A stretch of DNA of 40,000 nucleotides, taken from positions 962,355 through 1,002,354 of the forward strand of contig JAUCCC010000015.1 of the NCBI GenBank assembly GCA_034676485.1, in the 5' to 3' direction. Made by a program: the position numbers and the translations under genes. Of this stretch, positions 36,525 to 40,000 are shown in pieces (position 1 is the stretch's first letter; each line of letters begins with the position of its first letter). The DNA is from Pseudomonas sp. GTDB lineage: Bacteria; Pseudomonadota; Gammaproteobacteria; Pseudomonadales; Pseudomonadaceae. The notes under the pieces are model-generated. The model worked only from the letters and a program-made list of their open reading frames with translations, was not told the origin of the DNA and ran no database searches.

Positions 36525-37010
36525 ATGTCAAAAAAACCAATCACCCTCGAGTCTTGGCTGGGCATTATTGCCTTGGCTGGGATTAGCCTGATTAGCCTGG
36601 CTAACGTTGTCGTACGCTATACCACTAACGCATCTTTTGCTTTTACTGAAGAGTTTTCCGTGTTTTTAATGGTGGTGCTGGCTTTTTCTGGTGCCGCAGT
36701 TGCAGCACGCAGCAATGAGCATATTCGTATCACGTTGTTAGAAAACTATTTAGGTTTAGTTGGACGTCGTATTGTTTATATCCTGCAGTGGCTCGGCAGT
36801 AGTGTAGTGCTAGGCTTGGTCGTGTGGTACGGCGGATTGCTCACCTATGAAGAATACTCTTGGGAATCACTGTCGCCGGGATTGGGCTACCCAACTTGGA
36901 TTTACTTCATTTGGTTACCTGTATTAGCCAGTGCCATCATCGTTCGCTGCACACAAAACCTCTTTGATCGTTTACGTGATGGTGATCCGAAGATAGGGGA
37001 CGAGCAATGA
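36525..37010 (+). CDS. dctQ: TRAP transporter small permease (DctQ family)
   Basis: ATG 36525 lies within ORF 36513-37010. It has four TM helices, and its stop overlaps the dctM start. Confidence 0.85.
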   Translation: MSKKPITLESWLGIIALAGISLISLANVVVRYTTNASFAFTEEFSVFLMVVLAFSGAAVAARSNEHIRITLLENYLGLVGRRIVYILQWLGSSVVLGLVVWYGGLLTYEEYSWESLSPGLGYPTWIYFIWLPVLASAIIVRCTQNLFDRLRDGDPKIGDEQ

Positions 37011-38311
37011 GCCCTGACTTATGGATGTTGTTAATTTTTGCGGCGTGTTTGGCGTTAGGTATGCCGGTCGCTTTTGCTTTAGGTTTGGGTGGTGCCGCAG
37101 GCATTGTTACCGGCTTATCACCGGATATGCTGGCAACACTGGGTACCAACACCTATAACAGTATTGCCAAATACCCGCTGATTGCGATTCCGCTGTTTAT
37201 TTTGACAGGTATTATTTTTGAACGGGCAGGGGTGGCGGCCAGTCTGGTTAATTTTGCCCAATCACTGATTGGACGCCGGCATGGCGGCTTAGCACTGGTG
37301 GCGGTGCTGGTCTGTTTGATTATGGGCGGTATGAGTGGCTCAGGACCTGCCGATGCTGCCGCAGTGGCGATGGTGATGTTGCCCAGCATGACTAAAGCAG
37401 GTTATCCGCGTCCGTTCTCGGCCTCTTTAATTGCCGCAGCCTCGTCCACAGCGATACTTATTCCGCCGTCCATTGCGTTGATTTTATATTCAGTGATGAT
37501 GCCCGGTTTGGATTTGCGTGCGCTATTTGCCGCAGGTTTATTCCCAGGTTTATTAGCGGGTGCATCTTTACTGGTGCCCGCGTACTTCTTGGCCAAGCGT
37601 AATGGCTGGGAAACGGTAAAGAACTCTGATGAAGAGTTGCCATCGATTCGAGCCAGTTTTGTCAAAGCCATTCCGGCTTTATTAGCGCCGGTGATTATTT
37701 TAGGTGGCTTACGCTCTGGGCTGTTTACCCCGACTGAAGCAGCGGTTGTGGCGGTGACCTATGGTTTATTGATTGGCACTTTTGTATATCGACAGCTTAA
37801 CTGGTCTGGCCTGATTGAGATGTTTAACGAGGCAGTAAAAATCTCTGGCATCGTATTAATCATTATTTCCTTAGCCGGTATTTTTGCGTGGGCGGGTACC
37901 ACGCTAGGCACCTTTACTCGTTTAGCAGACGTTATTCTTTCCATCTCTGACAGCTCGTTGGTCTTGCTATTATTAGTGATGCTGCTGGTGTTATTGGCGG
38001 GTATGTTGCTGGATGCCATTTCGATCTATTTGATTTTGACGCCGATCCTTGTGCCATTAATCCAATACTTTGAATGGAACCCTGTGTGGTTTGGTATTTT
38101 GTTGGCGATGAATATTGCCATTGGCCAGTTCACCCCGCCGGTGGCGATCAACCTGATGGTGACTACCAAAGTCGCCAATATACGGCTAGAAGAAACCTTT
38201 GGTTGGGCGATGCTATTTATGCTCACCATGTTTAGCGCACTGCTGCTGGTCTTGTTCTTTCCGCAAATTGCACTCTGGCTCCCTGAGTACTTGGGTTACT
38301 CCACAACTTAA
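37007..38311 (+). CDS. dctM: TRAP transporter large permease (DctM family)
   Basis: 434-aa polytopic membrane protein. Confidence 0.9.
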   Translation: MSPDLWMLLIFAACLALGMPVAFALGLGGAAGIVTGLSPDMLATLGTNTYNSIAKYPLIAIPLFILTGIIFERAGVAASLVNFAQSLIGRRHGGLALVAVLVCLIMGGMSGSGPADAAAVAMVMLPSMTKAGYPRPFSASLIAAASSTAILIPPSIALILYSVMMPGLDLRALFAAGLFPGLLAGASLLVPAYFLAKRNGWETVKNSDEELPSIRASFVKAIPALLAPVIILGGLRSGLFTPTEAAVVAVTYGLLIGTFVYRQLNWSGLIEMFNEAVKISGIVLIIISLAGIFAWAGTTLGTFTRLADVILSISDSSLVLLLLVMLLVLLAGMLLDAISIYLILTPILVPLIQYFEWNPVWFGILLAMNIAIGQFTPPVAINLMVTTKVANIRLEETFGWAMLFMLTMFSALLLVLFFPQIALWLPEYLGYSTT

Positions 38312-38318
38312 AAATCAT

Positions 38319-38355
38319 ACCCTGCCTATTAGATTTAACAATGAGTAGGCAGGGT
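38319..38355. terminator. Hairpin between convergent genes (putative bidirectional terminator)
   Basis: ACCCTGCCTA...TAGGCAGGGT forms a 10-bp stem. Confidence 0.5.
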
Positions 38356-38410
38356 GCGGGGAAAATAAACGCTTAATCCAATGAGGATTGGTTTTTCAGT
38401 CTAAATTGTA

Positions 38411-39157
38411 TCAATTCGACAGTACCCGTGACAGAAAGGTTTGTGTGCGTTCATTTTGCGCGTTGTCGAATATCTGCTCTGGTGTTCCCTCTTCAATGAT
38501 GCAGCCTTCATGAATGTAGATCACACGGTCTGCCACTTCACGGGCGAAACCCATTTCGTGGGTGACCACTATCATGGTCATCCCTTCTTTAGCCAGCCCA
38601 CGCATCACATCCAAAACCTCACCCACCATTTCTGGATCAAGGGCTGAAGTGGGCTCATCAAACAGCATCAGGCGCGGCTCCATGGCTAATGCTCTGGCAA
38701 TGGCTACACGCTGTTGTTGGCCACCAGACAGTTGGCCAGGGTGTTTATGGGCTTGGTCAGCAATACCCACACGATCCAATAAGCGATCAGTGAGTTGTGC
38801 TGCGCTTTTTGCGTCTTGGTGTTTCACTTTCATGGGCGCTAGCATGATATTGCGCTGCACCGTGAGATGCGGGAAGAGATTAAACTGTTGAAAAACCATG
38901 CCGACTTCTTTGCGAATGTTATTCAACGCCTGCTGACTTTTACCCTTGGGTTCAAGGGTCTGGCCATCCACCTCGAGCTCCCCTGAATTGTACTGTTCAA
39001 GCCCATTAATACAGCGAATCAAGGTGGATTTGCCCGAGCCACTGGCACCAATAACCACCACCACTTCGCCTGCTTCCACTTGCAGGTCAATATCTTTAAG
39101 CACATGCAGTTGATCAAAATACTTGTTGAGCTTGCGCATTTTTACAATATGAGACAT
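38411..39157 (-). CDS. Polar amino-acid ABC transporter ATP-binding protein
   Basis: It carries the Walker [10 protein letters not shown], the signature [15 protein letters not shown] and the Walker [13 protein letters not shown]. The ATG follows the RBS GAGGAG. Confidence 0.9.
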   Translation of the reverse strand: MSHIVKMRKLNKYFDQLHVLKDIDLQVEAGEVVVVIGASGSGKSTLIRCINGLEQYNSGELEVDGQTLEPKGKSQQALNNIRKEVGMVFQQFNLFPHLTVQRNIMLAPMKVKHQDAKSAAQLTDRLLDRVGIADQAHKHPGQLSGGQQQRVAIARALAMEPRLMLFDEPTSALDPEMVGEVLDVMRGLAKEGMTMIVVTHEMGFAREVADRVIYIHEGCIIEEGTPEQIFDNAQNERTQTFLSRVLSN

Positions 39158-39168
39158 GACGTGACTCC

Positions 39169-39840
39169 TCAAACTGCGGACTTGCCGCGGTGTTCATAAA
39201 TACGCAGCAGAAGAGAAAGGGATAAGGTGATGGCTAAGTACATCAGCGCAATGGCAAAGTACACTTCAAAGGCAGTAAAGGTATTGGCGATGTACACCTG
39301 CCCTTGGCGGACCAACTCACCGACACCAATCACAGAAAACAGTGAGGTGTCTTTGATACTGACAATGGCCTGATTACCCAATGGTGGAATCATGCGGCGC
39401 AGGGCTTGCGGCCATGTCACATACCAAAATGCCTGCACTCGGGTTAAGCCCAAGGAAAGACCGGCTTCTTGCTGACCTTTGGCAATCGACTGTACACCGC
39501 CACGCACCACCTCAGAAATATACGCCCCTGAGTTTAAAGCAATGGCGACAATGGCTGCGGTAACCGGGTCAATCGGCGCACCAATCAAATCAGGTAAGCC
39601 GTAAAAAATAAACAGCACTTGCACCAAAATGGGTGTGCCGCGGAAAATTTCTATATAGGCGGTTGCCGGCCAGCGCAGATACCACTTTTTATTAAGACTG
39701 AGCAGACCAAATACAATACCCAACAAAAAACCAATGGCGATACCGCCAAAGGAAATCATTAAGGTATAAGGAAGGCCTTTTAATAAAAAGGGGATAGAGT
39801 TGATTGCTGCTTGCCAGTCGAATTGGAACTGGTTTTCCAC
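39169..39840 (-). CDS. Polar amino-acid ABC transporter permease
   Basis: His/Glu/Gln/Arg-type permease pattern ([21 protein letters not shown]; [33 protein letters not shown]). Confidence 0.9.
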   Translation of the reverse strand: MENQFQFDWQAAINSIPFLLKGLPYTLMISFGGIAIGFLLGIVFGLLSLNKKWYLRWPATAYIEIFRGTPILVQVLFIFYGLPDLIGAPIDPVTAAIVAIALNSGAYISEVVRGGVQSIAKGQQEAGLSLGLTRVQAFWYVTWPQALRRMIPPLGNQAIVSIKDTSLFSVIGVGELVRQGQVYIANTFTAFEVYFAIALMYLAITLSLSLLLRIYEHRGKSAV

Positions 39841-39900
39841 GTAAGAATGCTCCGGTAATTATAAGGAAAGGCCGGAGATATTCCCGGCCTTAAGCTGAAT

Positions 39901-40000
39901 TACTTCGTTTCCGGCATTTCACCGAACCATTTTTCGTAGATTGTTTTGTAGGTACCGTCGGCTTTCATTTCAGCCAAGGCTGCGTTAACTTTTTCAACCC
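39901..40000 (-). CDS. Amino-acid ABC transporter substrate-binding protein, C-terminal end (partial, runs off the window)
   Basis: The minus-strand translation is ...VEKVNAALAEMKADGTYKTIYEKWFGEMPETK*. Confidence 0.6.

Noticed and set aside
31855-38311. Two adjacent TRAP systems with one convergently oriented binding protein as a novel arrangement
   Set aside because: These are ordinary paralogous transport loci with complete P/Q/M sets and terminator hairpins. Nothing is unexplained there.

Overview
This is a 40-kb chromosomal window whose gene content looks gammaproteobacterial. Core genes flank both sides. On the left are a GntR/FadR-type regulator and smc (292-4449). On the right are thpR, a RadD-like SF2 helicase, two TRAP transporter loci and an amino-acid ABC transporter (29058-40000). 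Between them (about 4748-28808) lies a ~24-kb integron-type gene-cassette array. I read 16 attC-like sites (12 well formed, 4 with aberrant or degenerate R' boxes) plus 2 lone R' cores. All are co-oriented, and each attC closes a small + strand ORF or ORF pair. There is no integron integrase anywhere in the window, and smc ends ~300 bp before the first core site, so this is a CALIN-like cluster. The array is heavily colonised by mobile elements. Three class-C-like group II introns sit exactly in attC core boxes. Two near-identical copies lie antisense in the R'' box of attC_3 and attC_9, and a divergent third copy lies sense-oriented in the R' box of attC_5. Intron copy A is itself split by a complete IS66-family element with an 8-bp target duplication. 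An IS91-family transposase gene follows intron C. Cassette cargo includes two type II TA pairs (ParE/RelE-like, BrnT/BrnA), a NOX/ferric-reductase-like flavocytochrome, an amidase, a GNAT, an RDD protein, a decayed Fic gene carrying a 123-bp in-frame poly-G insertion, and an HNH remnant. It also includes several uncharacterised candidates: a NERD-UvrD-like helicase fusion, a lipoprotein plus anchored-protein pair, a tandem-repeat protein plus DUF1643 pair, and a PD-(D/E)xK-like protein. These candidates, together with the intron/attC interplay, are the best places to look for undescribed biology. All calls come from reading the sequence and ORF track by eye; no searches were run.
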